64,000 nt of DNA from contig CM074812.1 of the NCBI GenBank assembly GCA_037447605.1, forward strand, positions 434,001 to 498,000, written 5' to 3'. The first letter of the stretch is position 1. The number at the start of each line of letters is the position of its first letter. The notes under the pieces are model-generated. The model searched no databases and was not told the origin of the DNA. It saw only the letters and a program-made list of their open reading frames with translations. Positions 1-21,800 of this stretch are shown one piece after another. Source of the stretch: Zygnema circumcarinatum SAG 698-1b (taxonomy: Eukaryota; Plantae; Zygnematophyceae). Both the position numbers and the translations under genes were made by a program.

Positions 1-270
1 TACGAGAGTGATGTCGCCTATGTTTCAGTTGCTTATGTCAAAGCATCCCTTTCAAGACCCAAATACCCACTCTCCTTTTGTGTTCAAGATTCAAACTTTC
101 CAGCAGACATTCATACAATAAAATTGCCCCCTATAATGTAATCCCTCTACCCCAATCACTATTTCTCCCACCAAAAGCAGCAGCTTCACTCTAAAGAAAG
201 ATACTCTCCTACTCTCATTATTTCCATTTCCGAAACCCTAATCTGTGATTATTTGCTTGAAAAACCTCAG

Positions 271-8826
<8,556 letters not shown>

Positions 8827-11621
8827 CATTGACCATGTTGACTTTGTAGTCAAGTCAAGGTTTAGGGTTTTAGGGTTTCTAGTTTGGTTTTTGGTCTAGC
8901 ATGAAGTTGTTGTTGTTGAACAATGTTATGGTTTGGTGAAACACGGTTGTAGATATGTTGTTCATAGTGTAGTACTGTATTGGATACAATCCACGGAAAA
9001 TAGCATTGGCCATCCAATATACATGGACAAAACCAACATGGGGAACCATAGGAATCAGAGGAATCTGTATTGTATAGTTTATTTAGGGTTGAGGTCCTAA
9101 AGGAAGGCAAATGTACAGCGTGTTGATGTCTCCAAGTCCTGCGCTATGTTGTTGTGTTGTGAGCCATTCATGGTACAATGTATTGGACATTGGACAGTGT
9201 ACTGTACGGTGAGGTCCGTACAATTACAACATGAGATTGTGCTGATGGTCCTGAATGGAAGCCCATGGCCATGCATCGAGCGTCCACATGTCGTGGAAAT
9301 TGGCGGCCGTTAAACTGTAACGCAACAGCGTTGATTTACTGGCACATGTAGCCGTGCGATCGCTGTATTCAATGAAATGCGGAAGGGGAAATAACGGAGG
9401 TACTTTCCGACTGACACTGGACGTACGGGTTTTCGTACATTCCTGTACTGTACGGTCTTTTGTAGAGGAAGTACGGTACGGTACGAAGGACATTCCCGGA
9501 ACTCGTATTTGCTCTTGATAAAAAACTCGGATCCCCTCAGGTTTGCGGTTTTTTGACGTCCAATTTTTCGGTTCACAAATTTGCATTTTCTTGCAGGGAA
9601 ATTACTATTTACACACCTTAAAAAAACTCCCATGCCCAAAAAACCCTAAACCGACCAGAAAAGGTGTATATCTATCCCAAAAACTGTGCAAATAGCATTT
9701 TCTTATTTGCAGTACTGTCCTTAATCGCACAAAGACAAAAGTTTGAAACCAGGTTTTCTGGCGCGGCTCCAGGTTTTCTGACTGTACGAATTCTTACTTG
9801 ATTGTACGAATGTGTACGGCCCAACGACACGATCCCCTCCTGACCGGCCACTCCTGGCGCCGACACATGCCACTGTCGCGCTGGCTCGGAACGCTCTGAT
9901 TGGTTGGAGAGGCTGCCACGTAGGATACATTGCACCTTTTGATTGGTCGGACCCTGCCACCTAGGAGAAATGGCGCCTTCAGATTGGCCGGAATCCGACC
10001 TGCCTCGCTCTCATGGTGGACGTTCCGGGCGGGCTGGCGAATCAGAGAGTGGCACGTCAGTATTCGTACAGCCATTGAAGGCTTTTGATTGGTCTCTGTC
10101 TAGTAGGGGAGACCCGTTTTGTCGTATTTTCCCCCTGTCATTAATGCCGTCTGTTCCCTGAAACAAGGGACCTGAGACCGGTCGGCTTTCGTACGAATGT
10201 ACGGATCAACGGTACCTAAGATTCCGGGAATGGGAAAATTTTAAGCTTATTTTTCCCACTAAAAGGGTCATTCAGCCTATTTGTAGCTAGAGTTGCGGCC
10301 AATAAGAGTGAAGGAACCTCCGTTGATCAAGGAATAAATATTTTTTTGACTCTTCGGGCAGTCGACGAAATTGTTTATGGCTGCCCTGTACGACTGTACG
10401 TTTTTGTCTGATCTGTTTAAGCGACAAAATGAATCGACTGGAAGATCTGCCGTTCTGGCCGCCCATTGGCTGGAAAAGTCCATCGGATATTTTTCACGGG
10501 CACTTTTTGGTTCGCACGTGCGACTTGATCACTTTTGACAACTTTCAATAAGGGCTGTCTCCATGTCAGAGTTACGAAAATTCCAGCGGTATGTATGTAT
10601 TTATATTCATATCCAGTTTTTACGACATGAAATTCTCCTTTCATGGAATTTTTCTGATGAAGTTGTACTGACAATTTTTTGTCTGACATAGGAGTTTCTT
10701 CCAATAGAGACTCGCCACGTAAGGTATTTGTACACGTGGCTGATTCCCATTAGATGATGCTCTAGAATTATTTCACACATAATACCTTAAGTTCAATTTC
10801 CGCCTCCTTTGTGGCTGATTTGCACCGTCCAACTGGAGAATTATTTGAGAGCTATCCAATCATATTTTGCCATGTGTTCAAATTTTCTGACGTGGTACCC
10901 ATTCATTGGCTGATTTCTCACTGAAAAATTCTCCCTTTTCCCTTTATGGAGTGCACCCCCCTAACCTGAATAAACAATCTTTTATTTTTTTTCTATTTTT
11001 TTGCCACAAATTTTTAGTATTTCAGTTTTTCAGTTTGAAACCAACCAACCGCGCTAGCCTCCCTGGAAGCCAATTTTTGCAGGGCCGTTAACAATTTCGC
11101 AGACCGCCTTCCAAGCTTGGAGCCATGGCGGCCTGAGAGAGCGGGAGAGAGGGAGAGAGAGGAGAGGGAGGAGAGAGAGGGAGAGGGAGAGGGAGGGAGA
11201 GAGGTAGGTCAATACAAAGTAGGGAAGTGAGAGGGAGAGGGGGGAGAGGGAAAGGAGAGGGCAGAGTTCGAAGTGTGGGGAGAGGGAGGTAGAGAACGAG
11301 AGAGGAAGAGGGGGAGAGCTACAGAGAGAGTGAGGGTGAGAGAGAGGTAGTGAGAGTGAGGGTGAGTAGATAGCTGTCACGTGTCAGTGTCGCCAAGCAA
11401 GGTTTAGAGAGAGAGAGAGCTAGACGGAGAGAGAGAGAGAGACCGACAGAAAGAGGGAGAGGGAGAAAGAACTGCAGATGTGCTTCCGAGCGCCTGTAGG
11501 CTGCAACCCTTCCTTGCAGCTGCTGTCCCCTCCCAAACCCTAAAAATCCCTCCTTTCTCTCCTACCATTCCCCAGAATTCGAATTTAGGGTTTCACTTGG
11601 GCTTCCCCTTCCCCTTCCGCC

Positions 11622-13622
11622 ATGGGCAACTGCGGCTCCGCTCCTGCTGTGAAGGATGACCCTCCTCCCCCTCCTCCTCGGAAGCCTGCTCCCCCTCCTC
11701 CCGCTCTCTCAACCGCCTCCCGCCCCGCTCCTCCTCAAGCAGCAGCCATGGCGGGTCCCAAGGAGAAGGAGGAGAAGCATGACCTGACCACCATGACCAG
11801 AAAGTCCAAATCTATGGAGATCGTGTCTGGCCGAGATGCGGAGGTAGCGGCTGCAAAGGCGGTGATGTCGAAGGCGGGAGGTGATGGAGGGGCTGGCAAT
11901 GATGATGATGACGATGATGACGATGATGACGATGGAGGATGGAGAGTGAAGAGACGAGTCTCCCGCAGGCTGAGTTTGGAGGTTCAGAAGAGGCCGAGCT
12001 CTAAGGGAGGCTCTCCCGCTGCGTGGGTCAACTCTCCCTCTCCCGCAGAGCAGGCGGCGTGGGAGGCACAGTCGGATGCAGACCTAATGCAGGCGATGAG
12101 TCCGTTGGGCCCTCCGGCTCCGGCAGGGCAGGAGGGAGCGACGAGTGCGGGCGGGAGAGAAGGTAATGTGGGAGTGGTGATTGGGGTGTGGGAGGGGGAG
12201 AGGGAGAGGGAGGGGGAGGGGGAGGGGGGGGTTGCTGCAGTGAAGTCACGGCTTGGTAGAGGGAAAGGGAGAGGGAAGGGAGAGGGTGAGGGAGAGGAAG
12301 AAGGAGAGGGAGAGGAGGAGGAGGAGGAGACTTTGCCGGGGCTATGGAAGGCGAGAAGGAGAGGCAGAAGGCTGAGCCTAGAGGTACAGAAGACGCCGGA
12401 CCTCCTCCTTCTTGCAGCTCTAAGAAGGTCTTCTTCTGCTCCCATTGAGGGAGAGCTGGCAAGGAGAGTGGTGCAGGAGGAGCAGGAGAGGCAGCGGCTG
12501 CTTAGGGCAGAGGGAGAAGGAACCCTACCTCCCATAAGCGTTCAGGCCTACCCCGGCTCTCCCTCCTCCGTTGGGAGAGGCAGCGGAGAGTCGGCTGTCT
12601 CGTCTCCCGCTGCTCATTCTGCCACTGTCATTGACTTTGCTCACGACTTTCTTCAGAGCGAGAGGGAGAAGGAGAAGGAAGAGGAGGAGGAGGAGGGTAA
12701 TGAAACTCCCTCCTCAGTAATAGCAGCAGAAGAGCTGCTTGAGGGGAATAGCCGTAGTAATCAGATCCGAGCAAAGAGAAGGAAGAGCAGGAGGCTGAGT
12801 TTGGAGATAGAGAAGAGGCCGAATGATGCTGTTCTTGCAGCTGTAAGGAGAACATATTCAGCCCCTCTCACTGCTGCAGCAGCAGCAGCAGCCATGGGGG
12901 ATGCAGCTTGGGCGGCAGTGATAGCAGGGAGTGATTCTCCTCTGTTCCAGCCCAGCCCGGCTGAGAGAGGAGGGAAGGGAGATGGAGTGGGAGAGGGAGA
13001 GGGAGAGGGAGAGAGAGAGGGAGTGGGAGAGGGAGAGGGAGTGGGAGAGGAGTTTTCGCAGGGGCAACCGGTGACTACTTCGGCACAGGAGGCGAGAGCA
13101 AGCGCGTGGGGAGGAGGGAAACTGATCGACTTTGCAGCAGCATCATCAACCACCTATGGAGGAGTGGGAGAGGAAGGGGAAGTGGGAGAGGACGAGGGAG
13201 GGGGAGGGGGAGAGGGAGATCTCTATGTCCGCGCTAACCCCGGAGTCTTATCGAGGAGACGATCCATGGATGTCTATAAGGAGGCAATGGCTTCCGGACA
13301 ATCGCATACAAAAGCTGCAGAAATGGCAGGATTAGACCCAACTATGAAAGACTATGAGGAGGTAGTGGAGGAGGAGGCAGACCTGCTGCCTCTGAGGAGG
13401 GAGGGAGAGGCTGCGGGAGTGAGGAACGAGGGTGAGGCAGCAGGAAGGTTTAAGAGTAGGTGGGCCGATTATAATAGTGCGACTGAAACTGGAACTGAAA
13501 CTGAAACTGAAACTGCAGAGGGTTCAGGAGCTGCTCCGTTGAGGTTTCCAGATTTGCCTGCTTTAGGGAATGAGGCTCAGCCGTCTCCTGCTCCATCCCC
13601 ATTAGCGGGTATTAGTGTGTAG
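11622..13622 (+). CDS. Uncharacterised intrinsically disordered protein (666 aa) with a predicted N-myristoylation/S-acylation start (MGNCGS) and repeated RRLSLE(V/I)xK motifs
   Basis: Long single ORF with a good ATG context (GCCATGG), an MGxCxS N-terminus and three internal repeats conserved at protein level that are not microsatellite-derived. Confidence 0.7.
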   Translation: MGNCGSAPAVKDDPPPPPPRKPAPPPPALSTASRPAPPQAAAMAGPKEKEEKHDLTTMTRKSKSMEIVSGRDAEVAAAKAVMSKAGGDGGAGNDDDDDDDDDDDGGWRVKRRVSRRLSLEVQKRPSSKGGSPAAWVNSPSPAEQAAWEAQSDADLMQAMSPLGPPAPAGQEGATSAGGREGNVGVVIGVWEGEREREGEGEGGVAAVKSRLGRGKGRGKGEGEGEEEGEGEEEEEETLPGLWKARRRGRRLSLEVQKTPDLLLLAALRRSSSAPIEGELARRVVQEEQERQRLLRAEGEGTLPPISVQAYPGSPSSVGRGSGESAVSSPAAHSATVIDFAHDFLQSEREKEKEEEEEEGNETPSSVIAAEELLEGNSRSNQIRAKRRKSRRLSLEIEKRPNDAVLAAVRRTYSAPLTAAAAAAAMGDAAWAAVIAGSDSPLFQPSPAERGGKGDGVGEGEGEGEREGVGEGEGVGEEFSQGQPVTTSAQEARASAWGGGKLIDFAAASSTTYGGVGEEGEVGEDEGGGGGEGDLYVRANPGVLSRRRSMDVYKEAMASGQSHTKAAEMAGLDPTMKDYEEVVEEEADLLPLRREGEAAGVRNEGEAAGRFKSRWADYNSATETGTETETETAEGSGAAPLRFPDLPALGNEAQPSPAPSPLAGISV

Positions 13623-14841
13623 AAGGAGGAGAGAAGGAGAGGAGGAGGAGAGGAGGCGGGAGAGGATGGTGAGAGCTTGGACTTGCTCCTGCACTATAGA
13701 GGGGTAATTTTGGAAAGATTAGTTGGGGCAATTGGGCCTATGGGGGAGCTGGGCTATGGGTTTTTCTGGTTGTTTAAAATACGTTTTAGTGCCTTTTTTT
13801 TTCAACTTGAAGTTTATGTTTTTTGCTGTCACTTTTGTGGGTTTCTTTTAGGCGTGTTCTGATTGTATGTTTGATTTTGTGGGGCGTGTGGGTGTGGTAG
13901 AAGTGGGCAGGTGGAGGAGAGAGAGTGGCAGGATAGAGCGGGAGGAGGATGCATGGAAAAAGCGGGAGAAGGGAGGGAGGAAGGGAGGGGATGAGGGGGG
14001 GAGGTCGGGAGGGAGGGAGGGAGGGATGGGTGGTTGTGAATTTAATGCTGGTTTGGCGGTTTTTTGCGGATGTTTGCTGCTCTGAATGGTTTTGGTTTTT
14101 GGTTTTTTTGCAAAATGAAAGAATGGAACACCTCCCTCCCTTCTTGTCTCCCCTTCAGCATACGCCCTTCTTACTTCAATTCCTTCACTCTCTCCCTCTC
14201 CGTCTCCCCCTCCCTTTTCCTCCCACCCTTCCCTCTCTCTCCCCTCTACCCATTTTCCCTCCCTCCCTGCCCTTCCCACCCATTTTACCTCCCTTTTCCT
14301 TTTTCTCTTCCATTTTCCCTCTCACTCTCTCCGCCCCCCTCCCTCTTTCTCCCCCCTTTACCTCTGTTTCTCCCCTCTACCCATTTTCCCTTCCATCTCG
14401 TTATCCGTCATTTCTCCTCCGTTACTCTCAAGCACAATGTCATGCGTATTTTCATTACTACCTTTTTACATTATTATTACATTTGCATTATTCGCATTAT
14501 TTGCATACGTATATGCAAGTTCTGAATTAGGGTTTGAATATTAGAGACCTCAAAGAGAGAGAGAGAGAGGGAGGGAGAGAGGGAGAGTACGGAGGGAAAA
14601 GAGGAGTAGAGATTAGAACACACTTTAGGGATTTCTCTTTTTCCAGGGGAATCTCTTAATCATTTCTAGAGTCTTGTAGGTTACATGTGTCTCCATTCCG
14701 TTAAGCCAACATTCTTCGTTACTGTTGAGTTTTAGGGTTTCTTTTCCTGCCTTATAATCTTCATGTTGTGATTTCTGCCGTATGACGATTTTTTCGTTGA
14801 TAGCCCTTAGCTTTAGGTTTACTTCAGCTTCAAGAGGCACA

Positions 14842-14881
<40 letters not shown>

Positions 14882-17424
14882 CCTTCCTCCCCACATCACT
14901 TTCTTTATCTCCCCTCTCCCCGTCCCCTCTCCCTCCTCCCCCCCTCTCGCTGCCTCCCTCTCTCTCTTAGGCTCCCTCTCTCTCTTAGGCTCCCTCTCCC
15001 CCCCCTCTCCACACTTAGAAATTAGAGCAAATCAGATAGAAATGTTCCATTTTGCGGATGGAACACTGCACTTAGTGGTTGTTTCCTTTCTCTCAAAACA
15101 TGGGAAGAGGGAGGCGAGAATACCTAAGTAGGGCTGAGGGTGGAAAGGAGCTCTCTGTCTCTCTCTCTCTCTGTCTCTCTCTCTCTGTGTCTCTTTCTCT
15201 CTCTGTCTCTCCCTCTCTGTCTCATTCCATGAAGGCTAACCAAATTGTACGAAAAGATTAGTTACTGGCCATATTCCCTTGAAAGGACCCTAATTTGAAC
15301 CTTAGCCCTAACCCTAACTCTTAACAATTATTTCTAAGCCTCACCCTAACCTCACCTGTATCTGAGTACGTGCTTGTGAATAGCCGGATCCACCGATAGG
15401 ATCACTGCTTAGATCCACAGTTGGGATCCACCTCTGGGAACCCCTGCTGGGATCCACTGTCTGGATCCACCACTGCCAGCAGTGATAGTTTGAATAGTGT
15501 CAAAGGCGTTAGCGAGTTTGAGGAGATCCTTCTAGGAACCTTCCCTTGCAGCTTCATATATGCAACATTTGGGTGTCTCCGTGTGCCTTCCTTTCCAGTA
15601 ATAGTAAATTAGCTGTTTAGATAGTTCCGTACCCCGTAACGGAACGGATTTCTGTCAGGACTTGGCAGGTGTTGGAAGTGTTAGGTCGGTAGCTGATTTG
15701 TCCTTTTCAATGAGAACAAGTGGGAAAGCTTGCCTCTGAACAGTAGTTTTCACTTTTTTTTTTTTCCCTCCTTTTCCTTGATTGGCAAAGGTTGGTTGGT
15801 TGGTTGGTTGGTTGGTTGGTTGGTTTTTCGGGCATTTTTGGTTCGGATTTGTGTGGTGATTCGAATGTTTTGGGTTTTTTTATTCTTGGGGCAGTCTCTA
15901 TTTATTTTGATTTTGGTTTAGTTATATTTTGTGGTCTTTTGTTGGTGGCATTTTTATCTTTGGATTGTTCCTTTTTCTATTACTTTTATCTGCTCTTGTT
16001 CTGAATCAGCCTTCTGTTGGCTTTGGCTGCAGGATGAGGTGAAATCGTCGCTAAACATGTTATGGACTACGCAGCGGCAAGAGAAAGAGGTAGAGGGAGA
16101 GAGAGAGAGGGAGAGGGAGAGGGAGAGAGTGAGAGGGAGAGAGAGAGAGTGAGAGGGAGAGAGAGAAAAGGCGAGAAGTGGGAGGATGAGAGGGAATTGA
16201 TGAGTATGATGGAATGACTACATATATGGGAGCAGAGCAGTAGGAGAAGTACGAGACAGAGAGACCGATGGGGAGAAAGAGAGGGGGGTTGGGAGAGGGG
16301 GAGAGAGAGAGAGGGAGAGAGGGATTGAGAGAGAGAGTGTGAAGGGAAGAGTTGAGGCTGGGGTTGAGAGGAGACCAAGGTGGTAGTTTTCTTCCGAAAT
16401 AATAATCAGCTAGAACTATTATTATTGTAGGTTGATAGTACGGATCCGTACGGTACGGCAGCCGGAGAAGCAGATGTTCCGTCAGGACGCCGCAGGGGGA
16501 GGCACTTCTATGGATGGGATTTGTCCGAAATGGCAGAAATTAGTTGTAGGTTTACTCTAGTGAGTAGGCACAGGCAGGTAGCGAGCCCGAGGGAGGGAGG
16601 GAGAGAGAGGGAGGGAGAGAGGGGGAGGGAGAGGGAGAGTAAGTGAATAAGGTGCGCAAAGGCGGCGGGGACTTGGGAGAGATGATGAAATGGACGGCAC
16701 AATGCTTACTTTCATAAGGTGGGAGGAAAACGCGAAGGGAAAGGCAAAGATTTGATTTTGACGCTCCGGAATTTGAATTTGACTTGCCTTGACTTCAATT
16801 GACTTGACTTGAATTAAACCACTTGAGACTCGAGCTGCCGGCTGTGGTTTGAGAGAGTTGGGGTTGGGGGGGGTGTGGGGTTTGCCTTGGGGGGTGGGGG
16901 GGGTAGTTGAATTCGAAGGCTTTTTCTGTGCATTGTTTTTGGCCTTTTAGGCCGTTTCAAACACGGAACTCTGCCATGCAAAATCAATTTTCCGCGTTGG
17001 ACCTGGAAATCCAGGAAAGTGGGTTTTTTTCCCGGGTATCGAACCTCTTGAGGTTTGGCACAAGTAGCTCAATCAGAGTGTGGCCTGTGCCGGTTGCTGT
17101 TTTGGCAGAATGTATGAGGCGCAATTAGGAGCCATTGGGTTGTTTCCATAGTACATTTGGGTGTACGTGAATATACGACTGGAGGGAGGGCGGGAGGGAG
17201 GGAGGAAGGGAGGGAGGAGTATATGTATAGGGCATACGTGTATATGTAACTCCAGGAACCCTAAAATCACACATTTTTATTACGAATGGCGGAAAGAGTG
17301 TGGCCCACGTCATAATATGAATGGTTCGCTTTTGATGGGGTCCGCACTATTTTGCATAAACCGCATAAGAAAAACTGAGTTCCCAATTTTGGTAGAGTGG
17401 GCGTGTCCCATCCTGAATACGATA

Positions 17425-17627
17425 GGGGGGGGGGGGGTCAGACTTAACACATGGCCGAATCAATTTCGTAAGCCTGTCGGGCGAATTAAGCATTGGCTAG
17501 GTACGCATTTCGGTACGACTGAGTTCGGCGGAGCCGCGGATCCCGACCCGGAATTCGTACACGAAACTTTGACTTTTAGTATACTAAATTTGGGAATTTA
17601 GTACGCTTCGGGCTAAGTCTGATCCCC
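17425..17627. mobile_element. MITE family A, copy 1
   Basis: About 200 bp with TIRs GGGGGTCAGACTT...AAGTCTGATCCCC; homologous (reverse orientation) to 36709-36904 and 53584-53783. Confidence 0.85.
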
Positions 17628-18880
17628 TTTGATGGGTGGTGTGGGTTTTGGGAAAAGGATGAGATACCGGAAATTGGCTTTGGAAATAGCAGGATTGAGA
17701 TCGTTCATGCCTGAGACACAACCCCCTACTTCCCTGTTTTTCTCTCGACCCTTCAATTCTTTTTTCTCGAGATTTTTGCACAAACGTTTCTTTTTTTGAC
17801 TTTGCAGAGCCATTGTAAAGTCGTTTCCTTCATCGCAGCAGTTTCTTTTTTCTTTTCCTTGTCACTTTACATAATTTGAACGGGTGAAGTACCAGACCAG
17901 ATTTCTGACGTGGCACAGCATTGGCTGGTACTGTTAAAAGAAACCGTTAGTTTATTTTTTTAATTTACAGTTCGCTACAGCCTAAACCTGAAGCCATTCA
18001 AAAAAATGCCGCAAATAAGGCGCATTAAAGAAGGACAAATAGTGGAAAAAGGATGATTGGTGAAACTTTCTGGTTGTGGATGGGGGGAGGGGGGGGGGGG
18101 TCCCAAGAATGAACTAATTTTGCCATCATCAAGTCTATGCTTCGCATACTCTAACCCTAAAAAACCCTAAAAACAAGAACGCGAGATCACAGCAAATTTC
18201 TCTTTTTCTAAGAACAGGAATGAAAAACAAATAAATAATAACTACCCCATACTGAATAACCTGCTCAGACTGTCTATAACTTGGTCTTCAGTCTTAGTAA
18301 CCGAGCACTACATAGCTTAAGCGAAAGGAGGAGCCCTTCAAAGGAAGACCCTGAACCCTAGAAACCCTAAAACCTCCCTGTCTGCAATATACACTACTCC
18401 TTTGCTTCTCAATCTTCATTCATTCCTGCAGGCATCTTGTACACCCTAATTAAACTCTAAACCTTGAACCCCAAACCCTAAATCCTCGCACATCCTCGTA
18501 TAACCCCTACACCTAAACCCTAAACCCTAGAATCCTAGACCCCCAGAACACCCAAAACGCTCAGACGTTTGGTAGGAACTCAGATGCTCTTTCCCTTTCC
18601 TTTCAGAATAAGATAATGCAAGCACTTCGTTCCTCCCATCCCTCCCTCACGCCCTCTCTCAGGCCCTCTCCCACAACCTCTTCCACACCCTCCCTCACAC
18701 CCTCTGACACCCTCTCTCAAACACTCTCTCACACCCTCTCCCGTACTCTCTCCCAGACCCTCTCAGCTCCCCCTCTCGCGCTCTCTTTCCCACCTCCCAT
18801 CCGACCTCTGAGCACCGCTTCCAGCCCTCTTCCAGGCCCTCTCCCACGCCCTCCCCCACACCCTCTCCCCACCCTCTCAC

Positions 18881-21800
18881 TCAGTCGTCAGCGCTGGGCT
18901 GAAAACAACATGCAAAAAAGCTCCTCTTTGGTTTGTTCTTCTCCGTTGGTGCTCTCACATTCCCGTTACTGCTATTCTCTGCGACCTTCACTGCAGTTGG
19001 AGAAGGCTTTGTAGCAATTACAGGAGCCTTCAAACTGATAGAGCGAGGAGCCTCAGGAAAGCTCGCATCCTCCTCCTTCGCTACCTCTACCACAGGCTTC
19101 TCCTCCTTAATCACTGTCTCCCCTTCCGTCTGTCCCTTCTCCGCCTCTCTCTCCTTCGTCTCCTTCTCCTTCTCGGGTTCCGTTGCTCGCCTCTCCGCTT
19201 CCATCTCTTCCTTCTCCTCTTCTTTCTCCTTCTCGCCTACTTTCTCTTCCTCCTTGTCCTCCACCTTCTGCTCTTCTTCCATCTTCTCGTCTTCCTTCTC
19301 CTTCTCCATTTTTCCCTCCATCTCCGCCACTTCCTCACTCACCTCCACTTCACTTTCTTTCTTCTCTCCTTCTACTACCACCACGCTTTCAGAAGACGCC
19401 TTTTCTACAGGAAGTGAGGGAGGAGAGAACCGTCCTAACTTTGGAGTATATTCATCCCGAATAGAATCAAATCCAACACGAGCTGTAGGGAGGGAGAGCA
19501 GAAGTTCCCCATCTTCACTTTCCTCTACCGAAGGAAGAGCGGGAGGAAGATGAGTAGACTCATCCTTCCCATCATTTCTCCCTAACCCGGCCTGTTCTCG
19601 ACTACGAGCCTCCTCCAAATCTTTGAAGGAGAGATCATAAACAGACTTTGGTCCACTATTATCATATGTTCCTGGGTCTAAAAAGACTCCTGGTTCTACA
19701 TTACTTGCTTCAAGTTCTCCATGAGATGCTCGAATAGCCTCTTCAAACTCAATCATGGCTGTCATTATGCGGTCATCCTCTACTACAGCAGTTTCACTGT
19801 CCTTATCTTTGGGCAATGGAGGTACTGAGATCTTTCCTGGTTCAGCATTAGAATCGTCCTTAGTGAAATCTTCAAGTGACAGAGCTCCTGAACCCTCCTC
19901 TGTTTTCGCTTCCGATGATATTTTCAGGTCGATCGATGGATCTGAAGATATAGCATCAGAGAGAAGATTCGCTGAAACCCAATTCAAGAAAAAAACCCAA
20001 TTCAGAGAAACCCAATTCGACTGGTATTTCTTTCAGTAACCTTCTCAGATGCATTCAAATCAGTTAAAACAGTTGCAAAAGTACCAAAAGCTGTACTTTC
20101 CGGCCCAACAGATTCGACAGAAACAACTTCATTAGAAGATGATATAGACTCCAAGTGAGCATGACAATGTTGTGAATGCAGATGACTTACTTTCTTCACT
20201 TTTTGCCTCAGGCTGAATGTGACCCTCCGGAGGGCTTTCTTGAGCAAACTTCAATTCCTGCATAGGCTCAACGTTTGGACTATTCACTGTCCCTATAACT
20301 GCCTTTGGAGCAGTTTGGTCCCCACTTTCACCATCAGTTTGAACCTCCTCTACAAGCTCAGTCAAATCCATAACAAGCATTTTAGGCCCGTCTTCATTTT
20401 CTTCTTGAGAGATTCCTACGCCCCTCAAATCCGCTGCAACAAGAGCTTGCTCAGTTTCCTCTTCTACCAGTTTCCTCTGCTCATCCAGCTGCTCTTGCCC
20501 CTCTCCTTCTCTTTCTTCAAGCGCAGCCAAGTTACTCACAGGTTCTGAAGGTACAGAATCTTCCAATATTCCTAATTGTCCCGCCTTTCCTTGATCATTC
20601 TCTCCTTCTCTCTCCACAATGCGATTCACCTCCTCATCTACTTCATTTTCTGTTGTTAATTCATCAACTGTTGGCCCCACATTCACAGTCATACCACTCT
20701 CTTCTCCAGTTCTCCTCGCATCTTCCTCGCCTTCACGCACTTCCACTACATTAGTTTCTTCCTCTTTCTCAATGTTAATATCATCCTCATTCTTCACATC
20801 AACCAACTCCTTCCCTGCCTCATTCATAGTTTCTTCCTCTTTTTCAATGTTAATATCATCCTCACTCTTCACATCAACCAACTCCTTCCCTGCCTCATTC
20901 ATAGTTTCTTCCTCTTTCTCAATGTTAATATCATCCTCATTCTTCACATCAACCAACTCCTTCCCTGCCTCATTCACAGTTTCTTCCTCTTTCTCAATGT
21001 TAATATCATCCTCATTCTTCACATCAACCAACTCCTTCCCTGCCTCATTCACAGTTTCTTCCTCTTTCTCAATGTTGATATCATCCTTATCCTTCACATC
21101 AACCAACTCCTTCCCTGCCTCATTCACAGTTTCTTCCTCTTTCTCAATGTTGATATCATCCTTATCCTTCACATCAACCAACTCCTTCCCTGCCTCATTC
21201 ATATCTTTCTTCTCCGCTTTCTCCACGTCTTCCTTAAACTCATCCTCCACATCTTCATACTCACTCATCTCTTCCTCCTTATTCTCGTCATCCATCTGCT
21301 TAATAATCTTACCTCCATCCTCCTCCTCCTCTCCTCCTCCTCCACCTCCTTCTCGCAATCCCTCATACCCTTCCGCTTCCTCCTTCCTCACGTCCACTAT
21401 AATCTCCTTCTTATCGTTTTCATTCACTTCCAAAAAGGCTTCCAATGTTAATGGAGATCCTCCAGACTGAGAAGAAGTTTGATTGCCTATAGAAGAGGGA
21501 TTTTCTTCAACTGCAGATAGTCCAGATATAGAAACTTCTGTCTCCATTTCTGCCTTTGAAGGGTAGTCGTTGGAGAGAGTAATAAAGTCTGAAGGAGAAA
21601 AACTGCCGCTCGTCTGCATTTGCCCATCCAAAGCACCTGCCAACAAACCACTAATACAAAATCAGGGGGACAGAAAGGCATAAAAAAAAACCATAAAAGC
21701 ACGAGGAACTTGGACAGGAAATCTCATGTATAAGAATGAGGTACGCGAACCAAAAACTGCAACAAAAGGAAAAATCTATAACTGTTGGCTAAACAAGGAG

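Noticed and set aside
16033-16152. Possible extra exon of the 11622 gene
   Set aside because: Splicing to the strong CAG acceptor from the plausible donor gives an immediate stop; there is no homology support.
20002-20247. Apparent frameshifts between the 504-aa and 368-aa ORFs
   Set aside because: Resolved by a phase-1 intron at 20190-19972 (GTAAGT...TTTCAG).
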